Assembly (NCBI GenBank): GCA_038816475.1
Contig: JAWBAI010000001.1
Coordinates: 128,001-192,000 of the forward strand
DNA from: Desulfurococcaceae archaeon
Lineage (GTDB): Archaea; Thermoproteota; Thermoprotei_A; Sulfolobales; Desulfurococcaceae
DNA: 64,000 nt
Reading direction: 5' to 3'
Shown here: in pieces, positions 47,558 to 57,933 of the stretch
How positions within the stretch are numbered: position 1 is the first letter of the stretch
Layout: the number at the start of each line of letters is the position of its first letter
Notes under the pieces: model-generated
Told to the model about the DNA's origin: nothing
Databases searched by the model: none
What the model saw: the letters and a program-made list of their open reading frames with translations, nothing else
Translations under genes and position numbers: made by a program

Positions 47558-48692
47558 CTAAAGTTTAACCTTGTATATCCTGGTGGTTAAACCACCATGC
47601 ATTACAGTTCGCTGATGCTCTATCTCGAGGCCCACTTTTTCGGTAGATTGTTCAAATCGCTTTACAGAAGCTGTTATTAAAACAATTCTTGCACCCGGGA
47701 AAACCTCGGCTAGAACTTTAGCAAAGCTTTCGTAGAATTCACCGATCTTCTCTATTCTGTGGGATCTAATACCGTAGGGTGGATTCGTTACCACATGCGA
47801 TGCGTTTATACCTTTGTAGCTTTCTTTTCTGGTTGCGTCTCCTAGTAAAAACTTGATCGTGTCGTCGACGAGAGCCGACCTAGCATTTTCAAGAGCACAT
47901 CTAAGATGCTTTGAACTAATATCCATGCAGTAGATCTCGTAGATGACTCTTCTGGAAGTTTTGAATCAGCTTCTCAGCAATGTTCGCTTCTAAAGCAAGA
48001 TCGTATAGCTTTAAATTCTTGAAAAGGTAATCCCTTCTGAAAACCACAATGGGTATTCTTCTAGCCAAGTGAGCAGCCTCCACCGGAATTATGCCACCAC
48101 CACATAAAGGACCCAGAAGCGGTTGATCCTTGTACTCGCCTATTCTAAGCATTCCAGCAGCTATCGTTGTTTTGAGAGCTGCAGGATGACTGTAAACTCT
48201 GTACCTTCGTTTGTGCAAACCTTCATCCGTTGTGTTAATACCCACAATTAGCTCATCATACCTTAGAAAAACCCATATTTCAACGTCAGGTTCATCTAAG
48301 TTCACCCTGAGTTTCAACCCTTTTGATTCAATGTAGGAGTCTATAATAGCTTGTCCTGCAACTCTTGATACATCAAGGCTTGTAAAATCGTGTTTACCTA
48401 CGCGTTTGCTTTTTATTGCGAAGGTTTTGTCCGGTGGTTTTAGGTCTTCGTAATCAACGGACTTCATGAGCCTGTACACGTCCTCGAGCTTTGATACACC
48501 TTTTTCGCGAAGAACCTGTATGAATAATCTATTAGTCAACCTCGAGGAGAAGTTAACAGTGTAAATGGCTTCCACACTATCGTTGAAGAAGACCTTGCCT
48601 ACATCAACCTGGGGTTCAACACCAATGAGCTCCTTTAGCTCTGCAGCGCAGACATCCTCTAATCCTGGAGCCGTTGTAGCGAACATCTTCAT
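47558..48692 (-). pseudogene. trm14: THUMP-domain tRNA m2G methyltransferase (Trm14-like), frameshifted
   Basis: N-terminal part ATTAPGLED, THUMP, LHKR..HPAALK (47916-48692); C-terminal part MDIS..GDA..VTNPPYG (47558-47926) lies in another frame. Confidence 0.75.
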
Positions 48693-48735
48693 TGTAGACA
48701 GCACCGGTCATTGTACTCGTGCTCGGCGGGGTTGT

Positions 48736-48790
48736 CGTCAGAGCCTAGCACACGTCTTCACGAGTTCTGACCCGTTCAATTCATCATCTG
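48736..48790 (-). ncRNA. C/D-box methylation guide sRNA
   Basis: Minus strand: C ATGATGA (48787-48781), D' CAGA (48769-48766), C' GTGAAGA (48761-48755), D CTGA (48741-48738); guides of 11 and 13 nt. Confidence 0.8.
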
Positions 48791-48864
48791 CCCGTGGTAT
48801 AAACATAAATTACTAAGGAGTATTAAATAGAAGGCCACTGAGATCAGATGGCTGGGTAGAGAGT

Positions 48865-50241
48865 GTGAATGCTTACGAAGACGTTGTAGAGCATATTAGA
48901 TCAGGAAGAATCGACAAAGTTCTCGAGCACATAAACAGGCTTTCGCAACACGAGATAGTAGAGTTCTTACTTAGGCTTGAGAGCGAAGATAGAAGAAGAA
49001 TACTAGTTCACATGGATCTTGAAAAAATACTAGACGAGCTTGCTAAGCTTCCAGCAGAGGTCGTATCGGACATAGTTGCGATCAAGGGTTTAGATGACAT
49101 AGTCAGAGCTGTCGAAAAACTTCCTGTGGACGAAGCCGCGGACTTCCTTTCAAAGTTCCCCTCGAAAACCAGGGTGGAAGTTCTCAGGTCTCTACCAAGC
49201 GAACATGCTACTGTAATAGCGCGTCTCATGAAGTTTCCGCCTGAAAGTGTTGGTGGGGTCATGACAACAATGGTCCCCGTCTTTCCAGAGAACGCGACTG
49301 TTGGTGAAACTCTGGACACGTACATACATAAAGCTAAGCTCGGTCTGTACGAGAGTAGCCATTTCATCTACGTGGTCGACAATGATGGGAAGCTCCTAGG
49401 TTACACGGACCTCAGAACACTACTAACGAAGCCAAGAGATACCAAAATAGCTAAGTGTATAACTCTTGTGAAGGTTCACGTAACACCTTTCGATGATCGT
49501 GAAACAGCAGCCAAACTCGCTGTTGAATACGACCTCCTGGAAGTCCCCGTAGTGGACTTCGACGGAAGATTCTTAGGAATAGTAACACTCGACGACCTGT
49601 TGGACGTCGTTATTAGCGAGTACTCCGAGGACCTACTGAAGTACGCTGGATTTGCCGAGGTAGTAAAGGGAAGCTATGTTACTGAATCACCTTTCAGATT
49701 AGCACTCAAGAGAGCACCTGTTTTAATGTACTTGTACCTCATTAACACTGTAACAGGAAGCATTGTAGCAGCCTTCACGGAGGTTATCGAGAGGATAGTG
49801 CTACTAGCAGCGTTTATGCCCATGCTGGCAGATAACTCGGGTAACGTGGGTTCACAGGCCTCTGCGCTTATTTTAAGAGGACTTGTAACAGGTGAGATCA
49901 AGGTTAACCGAAGAGATATGCTCATGGTTTTAAGAAAAGAGTTCGTATCAACAACGTTCATGCTTCTGCTCTTACTGCCACTAGCATTCGCTATAGGATT
50001 CACCATACCGTTCATTGCCACGCAGAATCTCTACTACTCTCTAAGGATCGCTCTAGTTGTAACATCAGCTCTCGCTGTTTCATCCTACATAGCAGACGTT
50101 GTAGGTTCCTTCCTACCCATATTACTAGCAAAGCTAGGCATAGACCCTGCAGCGGCTTCAGCTCCTGTAATTACAAGTATTGGGGACATATGCACAGTTA
50201 CAGTTTACTTCTTCGTAGCATCAGCGCTTTTCGCAATTTAG
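48865..50241 (+). CDS. mgtE: Magnesium transporter MgtE
   Basis: N domain, CBS pair (GGVMTT, LGIVTLDD), TM region GNVGSQ, DPAAASAPVITSIGD. Confidence 0.94.
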   Translation: MNAYEDVVEHIRSGRIDKVLEHINRLSQHEIVEFLLRLESEDRRRILVHMDLEKILDELAKLPAEVVSDIVAIKGLDDIVRAVEKLPVDEAADFLSKFPSKTRVEVLRSLPSEHATVIARLMKFPPESVGGVMTTMVPVFPENATVGETLDTYIHKAKLGLYESSHFIYVVDNDGKLLGYTDLRTLLTKPRDTKIAKCITLVKVHVTPFDDRETAAKLAVEYDLLEVPVVDFDGRFLGIVTLDDLLDVVISEYSEDLLKYAGFAEVVKGSYVTESPFRLALKRAPVLMYLYLINTVTGSIVAAFTEVIERIVLLAAFMPMLADNSGNVGSQASALILRGLVTGEIKVNRRDMLMVLRKEFVSTTFMLLLLLPLAFAIGFTIPFIATQNLYYSLRIALVVTSALAVSSYIADVVGSFLPILLAKLGIDPAAASAPVITSIGDICTVTVYFFVASALFAI

Positions 50242-50354
50242 TTCTACGTAGCAGGAATAAAATGGTTCATCAAGGTAGCATGGGACTTCATCGTGGAATA
50301 GCATTAAGTAAAACTCCATGCTTATATACCCCGTTTATCACAATAATAACAGCG

Positions 50355-50398
50355 AGCCTCCAGACACCCCTGATCGTCAGGGGAGTGTGAAGGAGGCT
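50355..50398 (+). other. Strong GC-rich hairpin upstream of the mre11 operon
   Basis: AGCCTCC/GGAGGCT, ACAC/GTGT and CCCTGA/TCAGGG nested stems; TATA-like TTATATA at 50322-50328. Confidence 0.5.
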
Positions 50399-50449
50399 AA
50401 CTGCGGGGTTCACACACTATTTAAGTCTCACTGTACTAGGGGGTATGCA

Positions 50450-51742
50450 TTGGTTTTAATAGTGCACACTAGTGATGTTCACCTTGGAGTTGATAAGTAC
50501 GCGAACTCTCCTTTAGCGGCTGCGTACGTGGATGTTTTCAACGAAATAGCTGAGAAGACCGTTGAAGCTGGTTCTCGCTACTTAGTTGTAGCCGGAGACA
50601 TGTTTCACTCGACGGATCCATCAACAGAGGTTATTCTTTCAGCTATCCGAGTGCTAAAGAAGCTCAAGGAGAGTGGAGTGAGAGTTGTTGTTGTACCCGG
50701 CAATCACGATAACTCTTCTATCAGAAGAGGTATACTGGATGTTCTAGCTGAAGCAGGCTTAATACATCTCCTAGAATACAGGGAGGAGTACGATTACCTC
50801 CTTCTTAAACCACTTGTCTTCGAGGATGATAAACTGGTGTTCTACGGTATTCCCGGTTTCCGGGGGCAAAAGGAACTGAACTACATTGGCAAAGGTATGG
50901 TAAAGTACCTTGAGCGTAGCAAGTACGAGAACTACAGTACCGTGGTTGTAGCACATACAAGTGCAAAAATGTACAACTACGATCCAACCAGTTATAGCAC
51001 GAGGTATGGTAAGATCGCTACCGACGAAGGGGAACTGCTTCGCAGAATTCCACAGGGTGTGGAGTACATAGCACTTGGTCATATACACATTCCTGTTCCA
51101 CTCGAGAAGACGTTTAGGAGCAGTTCAGCATACCCTGGAGCTCCAATTGGAATGGATGCAAACGACTTAAGGGAATCAGCATGGCTCGCTGAGATGGGTG
51201 TTAAAAGAAGAATTCTGCTAGTTGATATACAGCAGTATCCTTCAAGCATTAGAGCTATTGAGCTAGAAAACACCCCCTTCGTTGCCTACCGAGAGATCGA
51301 AGCTCATGGTCCTAGCGATGTAATGAACCAGCTAATGAAGATTGTTTCGGAACTACCAAGTGAACCCAAGCACAAGGTGGTTTTACTGTATTTAAAGAAC
51401 GTCGAAGAGCTAGATGCTAGGATACTTGGAGTAGCAAAGGAGATGTCAATAAAGCGAGGTGTTCACGTAGAAGTGAACATCAGTAAACCCGAAGAGTCAT
51501 CAGGACTATTCTCAGCTCTGTCTCAGCTGGGTGAGTTAAAGGAAATGGATACTGAAAGGACCTTGCTAGACATAGATACCCTCGAAGAAAGAATACTAGA
51601 AGACTTAGCTAGAAGATACAAACTACCACTCAGTCTTGATAAGCTGAAATGGCTGTTGAACAAGCTCGCTGAACCTGTTCCAAGCAGCTCCAAGTACAGG
51701 GATATACTTTTACAGATTGAGAAGGAACTTTTGGAGTCGTGA
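50450..51742 (+). CDS. mre11: DNA double-strand break repair nuclease Mre11
   Basis: HTSDVHLG, AGDMFH, PGNHD, ALGHIH, YPG; probable TTG start at 50450. Confidence 0.9.
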   Translation: MVLIVHTSDVHLGVDKYANSPLAAAYVDVFNEIAEKTVEAGSRYLVVAGDMFHSTDPSTEVILSAIRVLKKLKESGVRVVVVPGNHDNSSIRRGILDVLAEAGLIHLLEYREEYDYLLLKPLVFEDDKLVFYGIPGFRGQKELNYIGKGMVKYLERSKYENYSTVVVAHTSAKMYNYDPTSYSTRYGKIATDEGELLRRIPQGVEYIALGHIHIPVPLEKTFRSSSAYPGAPIGMDANDLRESAWLAEMGVKRRILLVDIQQYPSSIRAIELENTPFVAYREIEAHGPSDVMNQLMKIVSELPSEPKHKVVLLYLKNVEELDARILGVAKEMSIKRGVHVEVNISKPEESSGLFSALSQLGELKEMDTERTLLDIDTLEERILEDLARRYKLPLSLDKLKWLLNKLAEPVPSSSKYRDILLQIEKELLES

Positions 51743-53079
51743 GATGCTTGGAGGAGAGTAGACTCTACGATGTAATCAGAAAACTCGCAGAGGAGATGTA
51801 CCAGGATTATAACGTATCCAAGGGAAGCAGTATAGTTAAACTACGAGAAGAACTGTACAGCAAGTACTACGTAGTTGAACCCTTGCGAGAAGTAAAGCAG
51901 GAGCATCCTGTAGTGTTTGTTGATGCGGGTTTCCAGGTTTTTGAAACAGATGTGGCGATCCTTATTCCTGTCAACTTAGGAGCACGAATAAGAGACGAAG
52001 ACGGCAACCTCCGTAGAGTTTCAGAGATATCGGATTTTCCCCCAATTGAAACCTACTTCATATATGGAAGAATAATTGAGGAGGAAAGCAAACCTGGGTT
52101 CAAGTTTCGCATATTCCCAGTGGATGAATCACCTCTTCTTCTTCCTCAACCTTTAGCTGAAGAGATTTCAAACAGTGTAACCGGTATAGTTAACACCAGG
52201 TTAAACATTCAGCCGGAAGACAGATCGCGCGCTTCGCTTAAGACAAGAGAAGATCATGCAAGAAGATTCAAAAGGCTTGCGAAGTATATTGAAGGATTAC
52301 TTGAGATAGCCTACGCGATAAGAGCAGGAGACATGATAGCCAGAAGATCTATTAAGGTTGTCGATGGAACGCTCGTTAGGTGGTTTGGATTAAAACAACT
52401 GAGAATGTTTAAATTCGAAGGACTAGATATCCTAAGCGCTATTCTAAAAGTAGACAAGGAGAAGATCGCTAGGAAAATCGGAGAGATATATGGGCTCGTG
52501 AAAACAACGAAGTTTACCTCTATAGCGAGAGCCAGAACTATCTTCAGGAAGTATGGTTTCAGCGACGCAGGGTTGTACGCGAACGTAACAGAGGAATCAG
52601 TAAAAGCCGTATCAGAGGAGCTCAACAAAATGCTACTTGAAGGTGTTATTGATAAAACCACGGCAGAAGATGTGTTGACATCGTTGATCAGGACAGCTCA
52701 CCCCTACACGGGAATTCAAGTTGCGAGATTCCCGGTTACAGCAGACAATGTGAACATAATGTACCTTGAGGTGCACCACGATAAACCAGTGTTAAACATA
52801 GCTAACAACGAAGTTCATTTCGACTCGACATCAGCGAGAGAGCTTCATAGTAAGGTCGAAGAAGCGGTGAACAACATATTAGCGTATAGATCGACGATTG
52901 AAGGGTCTCCTCCGCATGGATTCATGGAGGTTGATAGAGACGTTAGATTAGGAGGTAATATGGCTCGTAAAATAGAGTACATGATAGTGAATTCCATAAG
53001 AGAGGTTACAAGAGAGCTTGGTCACCCGTTGGAGCTCGTATTTAGTAGTTCGTGGAGAATGAGAATAGGATACAGGTGA
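51739..53079 (+). CDS. nurA: NurA 5'-3' nuclease
   Basis: FVDAG, LLEI, VVDGTL, GLVKT, PPHGF..VD..VR; lies between mre11 and herA. Confidence 0.8.
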   Translation: MRCLEESRLYDVIRKLAEEMYQDYNVSKGSSIVKLREELYSKYYVVEPLREVKQEHPVVFVDAGFQVFETDVAILIPVNLGARIRDEDGNLRRVSEISDFPPIETYFIYGRIIEEESKPGFKFRIFPVDESPLLLPQPLAEEISNSVTGIVNTRLNIQPEDRSRASLKTREDHARRFKRLAKYIEGLLEIAYAIRAGDMIARRSIKVVDGTLVRWFGLKQLRMFKFEGLDILSAILKVDKEKIARKIGEIYGLVKTTKFTSIARARTIFRKYGFSDAGLYANVTEESVKAVSEELNKMLLEGVIDKTTAEDVLTSLIRTAHPYTGIQVARFPVTADNVNIMYLEVHHDKPVLNIANNEVHFDSTSARELHSKVEEAVNNILAYRSTIEGSPPHGFMEVDRDVRLGGNMARKIEYMIVNSIREVTRELGHPLELVFSSSWRMRIGYR

Positions 53080-53085
53080 TAATCA

Positions 53086-55116
53086 ATGCCGGGGTTTCAA
53101 GTAGGTCTTGTAACCGGTTGGGAAAGTGATGCTGTTAGAGCGCTTTTAACGAACAAGAAGTACGCTCCATCTCTCGGCGATATTCTTTACACTATTGAAG
53201 TGAGAGAGGATGGCTACACGAGAACAGTTCTCATGGAGATAGTTGGGTTCGAAGGAGGACTCCCACCCTATGCATCCACACCAATATATCAAACTCAATC
53301 ACAGTACTACCTTGCACAGCAAGAGGTTATCGCAAAAGCCAGGTTGTTCATTGAAATAGTGAAAACTAGTAGTGGGAAATACCTAAGTAAAGCTTCACGT
53401 CCACCTTCACTTCTATCTCCAGTATACCTACTGAAAGTAGGTGATGGAGAATCCGAGGAAATAATGAGGGATATAACAAGGCATGTAAGCGCTGAGGGAA
53501 TACCTGTTGCGTTGCTAAGATCGGGTATTGCTCATAGTGAAATACAGGCGAGAGAAAGACACTTTGAGAATGCTTACTTCAGATTAAACCTGCGTAGGCT
53601 TGTTCCAAAGCATATTCTGATCACGGGTCAAACCGGGTCTGGTAAAACAAGTAGTTTAATGGGTTTACTATTGAAATACGCGCTGGAAACTGATGAACCA
53701 ATAGGATGGCTCATTATTGACAGACACGGCGAGTACACACCTAAAGAGGGATATGTTGAGGACAAGTTCATAGGATTACTTGTTAGAGCTGTAGCGAGTA
53801 ATCATAGGATAAACGATAGAGTTACAATTAAGACATTCAGACTCGCCTACAGTACTAGTGGAACTGATAAGCTGTCTACATATCGACCGTTGTTTGACAT
53901 TGTTGAAGCCCCGATGTGCGCTAGTAGTATTACATTGGCGGACTTTGCGTCTCTTGAAGGTGTTGAGCCTGAGCGTGCTGCAGAGCTGGAGGAGTTTATT
54001 CTAACGATCATGCCTGTACTAAGCAAAATGACGGAGAGAACCGATACTGCAGATGGTGTAATATTACATACGAGTTTCACACAGGGAGATACACCGGACT
54101 TGGCTACAGCAAACGTGTTGGCACTAGTACCTCTCCTAGTTGACAACGTGATCAGGTACGAAGGAATTGGTTTATCCAGAGATAGAAAAAGAGGTCTTCA
54201 CAGAGTTCTAGTAGATAGAGGAGTAGATGCTCGAGTTTCCCGTATTCTAAGGAAGCTTGTACTCATAAAACTGGGGTGGAGAACAAGGCCTCAACGCTTA
54301 GGAGACCATGTTATACATGTTCTCGACGATTCTCGTAGCGTGGTCAAAGTGTCCAGCACTATAAAGAACCCGGAGGAGCTTTCATGTTTTCTGAAAAAGT
54401 TCATGGACGCTTTCAAAAAAGTTTACTCTGGAGTAGAAGTAAACTATTCGGATTATCCTTGGAATAAATTGTGCAAAAGCGAGAAGGTGATTGAGGTCAA
54501 GAAGGAGGACGGTATGGATTTGGATGTAGTGGTTAAGCACGTGAGTGATGGTAATGTAGACATATTGGACGTATCCGGAGTTGACAATGCTCAGGCAGAT
54601 CTGATCGCTTTAACAGTTGCTAGAAGACTATTCGAGTTTAGATTTGAGAAAGGCGTTGAGGAGTCATCGAGGCTTCCCGTTGTTGGAATAGTCTCGGAGG
54701 AGGCGCCTCTCTATCTAAGCCGAGAGAAGGTTCTTACACCCTTCAACCCGTTTGCTAGAATAGCACGTGAGGGTAGAAAATTCGGTTTAGGCTTAATTGC
54801 AATTACTCAAATGGCTACGATGATAGAGAAGCAGATACTAGCAAACTTCAATACCATGATCATTCTAAGAACTCGTAGTAGAAGCGATCTGGAGTTCTTT
54901 GCCGACATAGGTGTACCAGTTGAAACTCTACCTTACCTCGGAGACCGAGAAGCGTTTCTATATACACCAGACCTGCCGATCAAGGAGCCAATACCCGTTT
55001 ACCTGCCTGGATGGTTCGAGAACAAAAAGTTCGTCGAGGATCAGGAAGAGTCTACGTTGAACAGGTCGGCGAAGATCGGGAGAGAACTTGTCAAGCTCCT
55101 TGGTGAGGAAGAATGA
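53086..55116 (+). CDS. herA: HerA helicase/translocase
   Basis: HAS-barrel N-terminus, HILITGQTGSGKT, IIDRHGEY, EEAP, IAREGRKFG, ITQ. Confidence 0.9.
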   Translation: MPGFQVGLVTGWESDAVRALLTNKKYAPSLGDILYTIEVREDGYTRTVLMEIVGFEGGLPPYASTPIYQTQSQYYLAQQEVIAKARLFIEIVKTSSGKYLSKASRPPSLLSPVYLLKVGDGESEEIMRDITRHVSAEGIPVALLRSGIAHSEIQARERHFENAYFRLNLRRLVPKHILITGQTGSGKTSSLMGLLLKYALETDEPIGWLIIDRHGEYTPKEGYVEDKFIGLLVRAVASNHRINDRVTIKTFRLAYSTSGTDKLSTYRPLFDIVEAPMCASSITLADFASLEGVEPERAAELEEFILTIMPVLSKMTERTDTADGVILHTSFTQGDTPDLATANVLALVPLLVDNVIRYEGIGLSRDRKRGLHRVLVDRGVDARVSRILRKLVLIKLGWRTRPQRLGDHVIHVLDDSRSVVKVSSTIKNPEELSCFLKKFMDAFKKVYSGVEVNYSDYPWNKLCKSEKVIEVKKEDGMDLDVVVKHVSDGNVDILDVSGVDNAQADLIALTVARRLFEFRFEKGVEESSRLPVVGIVSEEAPLYLSREKVLTPFNPFARIAREGRKFGLGLIAITQMATMIEKQILANFNTMIILRTRSRSDLEFFADIGVPVETLPYLGDREAFLYTPDLPIKEPIPVYLPGWFENKKFVEDQEESTLNRSAKIGRELVKLLGEEE

Positions 55117-57521
55117 GAATTCTAGGCGTGTACATGAAAAACGTTAGAAGCTATCCAGAAGCAACTGTGGTTTTTCCTCACGATGGTGTAACAGTAATAT
55201 ACGGTCCCACAGGCAGCGGAAAAACATCTATACTTATGTCGTTAAGCTTCGCCCTCTTCGGATTTCTAGGAGGATCGAAGAAGATATTTGACGCTTACGA
55301 GCAACCGAGCGGTTTAGACCTTCTCAGAGCTGGAACTCAGGATGGACTTGTCAGAGTACTGGTGAACCTGAGGGGTAAACTCTACTTGGTAGAAAGAAGA
55401 TTCAGAAGAAAAGGCGACGTAGTCGAGTTCGACGGAGGGCTTGTAGAGGAGTACTTTATCAACAAGGAAACAGGCAATGTAGAGCTCAAAGCGAGGTATT
55501 CAGCGCGCAGTAGTATTGAACTCAATAGAAAGGTATTTGAACTTATAGGAATCAGGGAGAAGGTTAATAGGGCAAGTACCGTTAAAGCAACATTTTTCAC
55601 AAGCGCTCTCTATGTACCGCAGTTCAATATACACGAGATACTCGAACACGACCCCGAAGATAGAAGGGATGTCATTGAGAAAGCTATAGGACTTGAAAAA
55701 TACAAAATAAGGAAGATCAACATAGAGAACATTCGTAAGCAGCTAAGAGACGAGATCAGTAGACTAGAGGGTGCAATACAGCAGATCACGCTTCAGCTGA
55801 GTAGGATTAACAGGGATCAACTGCGAAGGAGGCGGGGAGAGATCGAGACTAAGATAAAAGAGGTTGAGTCTGCACTCGAGGAGCTGAGGAAGCGCAAGGA
55901 GGTCCTGGAGAATACGGAGAAAAAGTTGAGCAAAGACCTTGAAAGCCTAATAGAGAAGAAGTCAAACCTGGAATCTCAGATCAGCAAGTACATGCACGTG
56001 CAAGAGCAGATGGTAAACTTAGTTAAGAAAGTAAAGATGCAGATAGCATCAGCTTTAGCGAGTGAACTAGATTTGAAAACCGTGGAGAGTTTGAACTCGA
56101 GTGAGGACAAGGAGTTCGTTGAAAGAGCTCTTCTCACGGTTCTGGAGAAATTAAGGGAAAAAATGAATGCTGTCCTAGTGGAAGAGAGCAGTTTAAGGTC
56201 CGAGCTAGCGCAGATCGAGTTAACAATAGAGCATTTAGAAGCCGAGGAAAGAAAAACACTAGAGGAACGTGGAGTTTTAAGTGGCAAACTTAATGAATTG
56301 AAGCAGAGACTGAGTGACCTCGAGAAAGAGCTCTCTGAGAAGAGAGAACTTCTCGAGAAGGGAGTATGTCCAACGTGTCATCAGCCTGTTCCACATCAGC
56401 ACGGATACAAGCTCATATCGGATATCGAAACTGAGATATCGATTAGGAAAAGTGAGATTAGCAGATTAGAAGCCGAGCTGGAGAAACTCGATAGCAAGCG
56501 AGCTGAGCTTAGACGAAGCATTGAAAACACAAAGAAAGAGTACAACAGCAGGAAGCTTCAGCTAGAACAGATTACGCGCTTAAAAAACGAGCTTATGGTT
56601 TACGGGGAGAAGTTGAACTCGTACATGGATGAGCTCAGTAGACTTGAACAGGAGGCTAAAGCAATAGACATCGTCAGAGTAAAGGGGGAACTCAAAGAAG
56701 TAATCGGGAAAATAGAGGAGATCAGGGGATCCATTCAGAGTGTTCAAAACGAAAAAAGAAGTCTCGAAATGCAACTTGAAGATTTAGCAAAACTACGGGG
56801 AAGCCTAGAAGGAGAGCTGAAACTCATCGAAAACCAGCTCAGAGAAGCCGAAAAGCTGGAGGGGGAGCTCTCGAAGAGTATGATCAGGAGGGATAACTAC
56901 AAGAGGCTTCAGGATATGTTGTCCAAGTCTGAGGAGATCAACGAGCTAATCGAGAAAGAAGTAATAAGGTTTCTGGCCAGAGGGTTCAAGGATGCGTTCT
57001 CCAAGTACGTGAGAATACTACTGCACGATCAACCTTTAGAGGCAGTAGTAACGGACGACTTCGGACTAACGTTCAAGGTCCTTGTGGGTAACAGGTCTTA
57101 TGATATAAGGTCTCTGAGCGGGGGTCAAAGCATTGCATTGAGCCTAGCCTACCGTCTTGCCCTCAACGCCACGGTTAGAGCATACTCACCTCACTTGAAG
57201 GGAAGCGTTTTGATTCTAGATGAACCTACAACAGGTTTTAGCAGAGAACTTGTGGTTAGACTCAGAGAACTGCTGGAAGACCTTGGTTCTACGAAGCTTG
57301 GTCAAATCATTGTTGTTACTCACGATAAAACCCTCATGGAGATAGGAGACTGCAAGATAAAGCTTGAACTGGATACTTCAAAACTCGAAACAAAGATCAG
57401 CTACGAGGAGTGCACGTACGGAAAAGAAGGTATCTCATTCGATGAGTACAGGGAGTTTATTGAGGGTATACTTAGGGGCAAATTCAGAGGTCCTATAAGG
57501 CTCGAGGCTGCTCAGCACTAG
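55113..57521 (+). CDS. rad50: Rad50 SMC-like ATPase
   Basis: NVRSY, GPTGSGKTS, YVPQ, coiled coil with CPTC zinc hook, LSGGQ, ILDEPT, VTH. Confidence 0.92.
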   Translation: MRILGVYMKNVRSYPEATVVFPHDGVTVIYGPTGSGKTSILMSLSFALFGFLGGSKKIFDAYEQPSGLDLLRAGTQDGLVRVLVNLRGKLYLVERRFRRKGDVVEFDGGLVEEYFINKETGNVELKARYSARSSIELNRKVFELIGIREKVNRASTVKATFFTSALYVPQFNIHEILEHDPEDRRDVIEKAIGLEKYKIRKINIENIRKQLRDEISRLEGAIQQITLQLSRINRDQLRRRRGEIETKIKEVESALEELRKRKEVLENTEKKLSKDLESLIEKKSNLESQISKYMHVQEQMVNLVKKVKMQIASALASELDLKTVESLNSSEDKEFVERALLTVLEKLREKMNAVLVEESSLRSELAQIELTIEHLEAEERKTLEERGVLSGKLNELKQRLSDLEKELSEKRELLEKGVCPTCHQPVPHQHGYKLISDIETEISIRKSEISRLEAELEKLDSKRAELRRSIENTKKEYNSRKLQLEQITRLKNELMVYGEKLNSYMDELSRLEQEAKAIDIVRVKGELKEVIGKIEEIRGSIQSVQNEKRSLEMQLEDLAKLRGSLEGELKLIENQLREAEKLEGELSKSMIRRDNYKRLQDMLSKSEEINELIEKEVIRFLARGFKDAFSKYVRILLHDQPLEAVVTDDFGLTFKVLVGNRSYDIRSLSGGQSIALSLAYRLALNATVRAYSPHLKGSVLILDEPTTGFSRELVVRLRELLEDLGSTKLGQIIVVTHDKTLMEIGDCKIKLELDTSKLETKISYEECTYGKEGISFDEYREFIEGILRGKFRGPIRLEAAQH

Positions 57522-57933
57522 TTGTTTTTAGCCTAAATACGTAGGGAAGTAGCTCACTCAAGGATGTTACAACACGCTTTCCGCTCTTCGCGCTGTAGAG
57601 TACGACTTTAGCCTCTGGATTGAACTCCGCGATGACTTGTCTACAAGCTCCACATGGAGGTATAGGTTCATCCGTGTCAGCTACTATTACAACGAGTACT
57701 GGTTTTTTATCTCCACCAGTTACCATGGCTGATATAGCTGATCTCTCGGCGCATATAGTTAAACCGTAGCTGGAGTTCTCGACGTTTACACCGTAGTACA
57801 CCCTACCGCTCTCTGCTAGTATGGCTGAAGCAACGTGTATTCCACTATAGGGTGCATAGCTGTTGGAAAGCAGTTGTTCAGCTTCTCGTATAAGCTTCTC
57901 AACAATTCCTGGATCTAGGGTTTGCTTACTCAA
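57493..57933 (-). CDS. cdd: Cytidine deaminase
   Basis: SYAPYS, GVNVENSSYGLTICAER, PCGACRQ. Confidence 0.95.
   Translation of the reverse strand: MSKQTLDPGIVEKLIREAEQLLSNSYAPYSGIHVASAILAESGRVYYGVNVENSSYGLTICAERSAISAMVTGGDKKPVLVVIVADTDEPIPPCGACRQVIAEFNPEAKVVLYSAKSGKRVVTSLSELLPYVFRLKTTSAEQPRAL

Noticed and set aside
51739-55116. NurA-HerA as an anti-viral defence system
   Set aside because: It is embedded between mre11 and rad50, which is the known housekeeping repair context.
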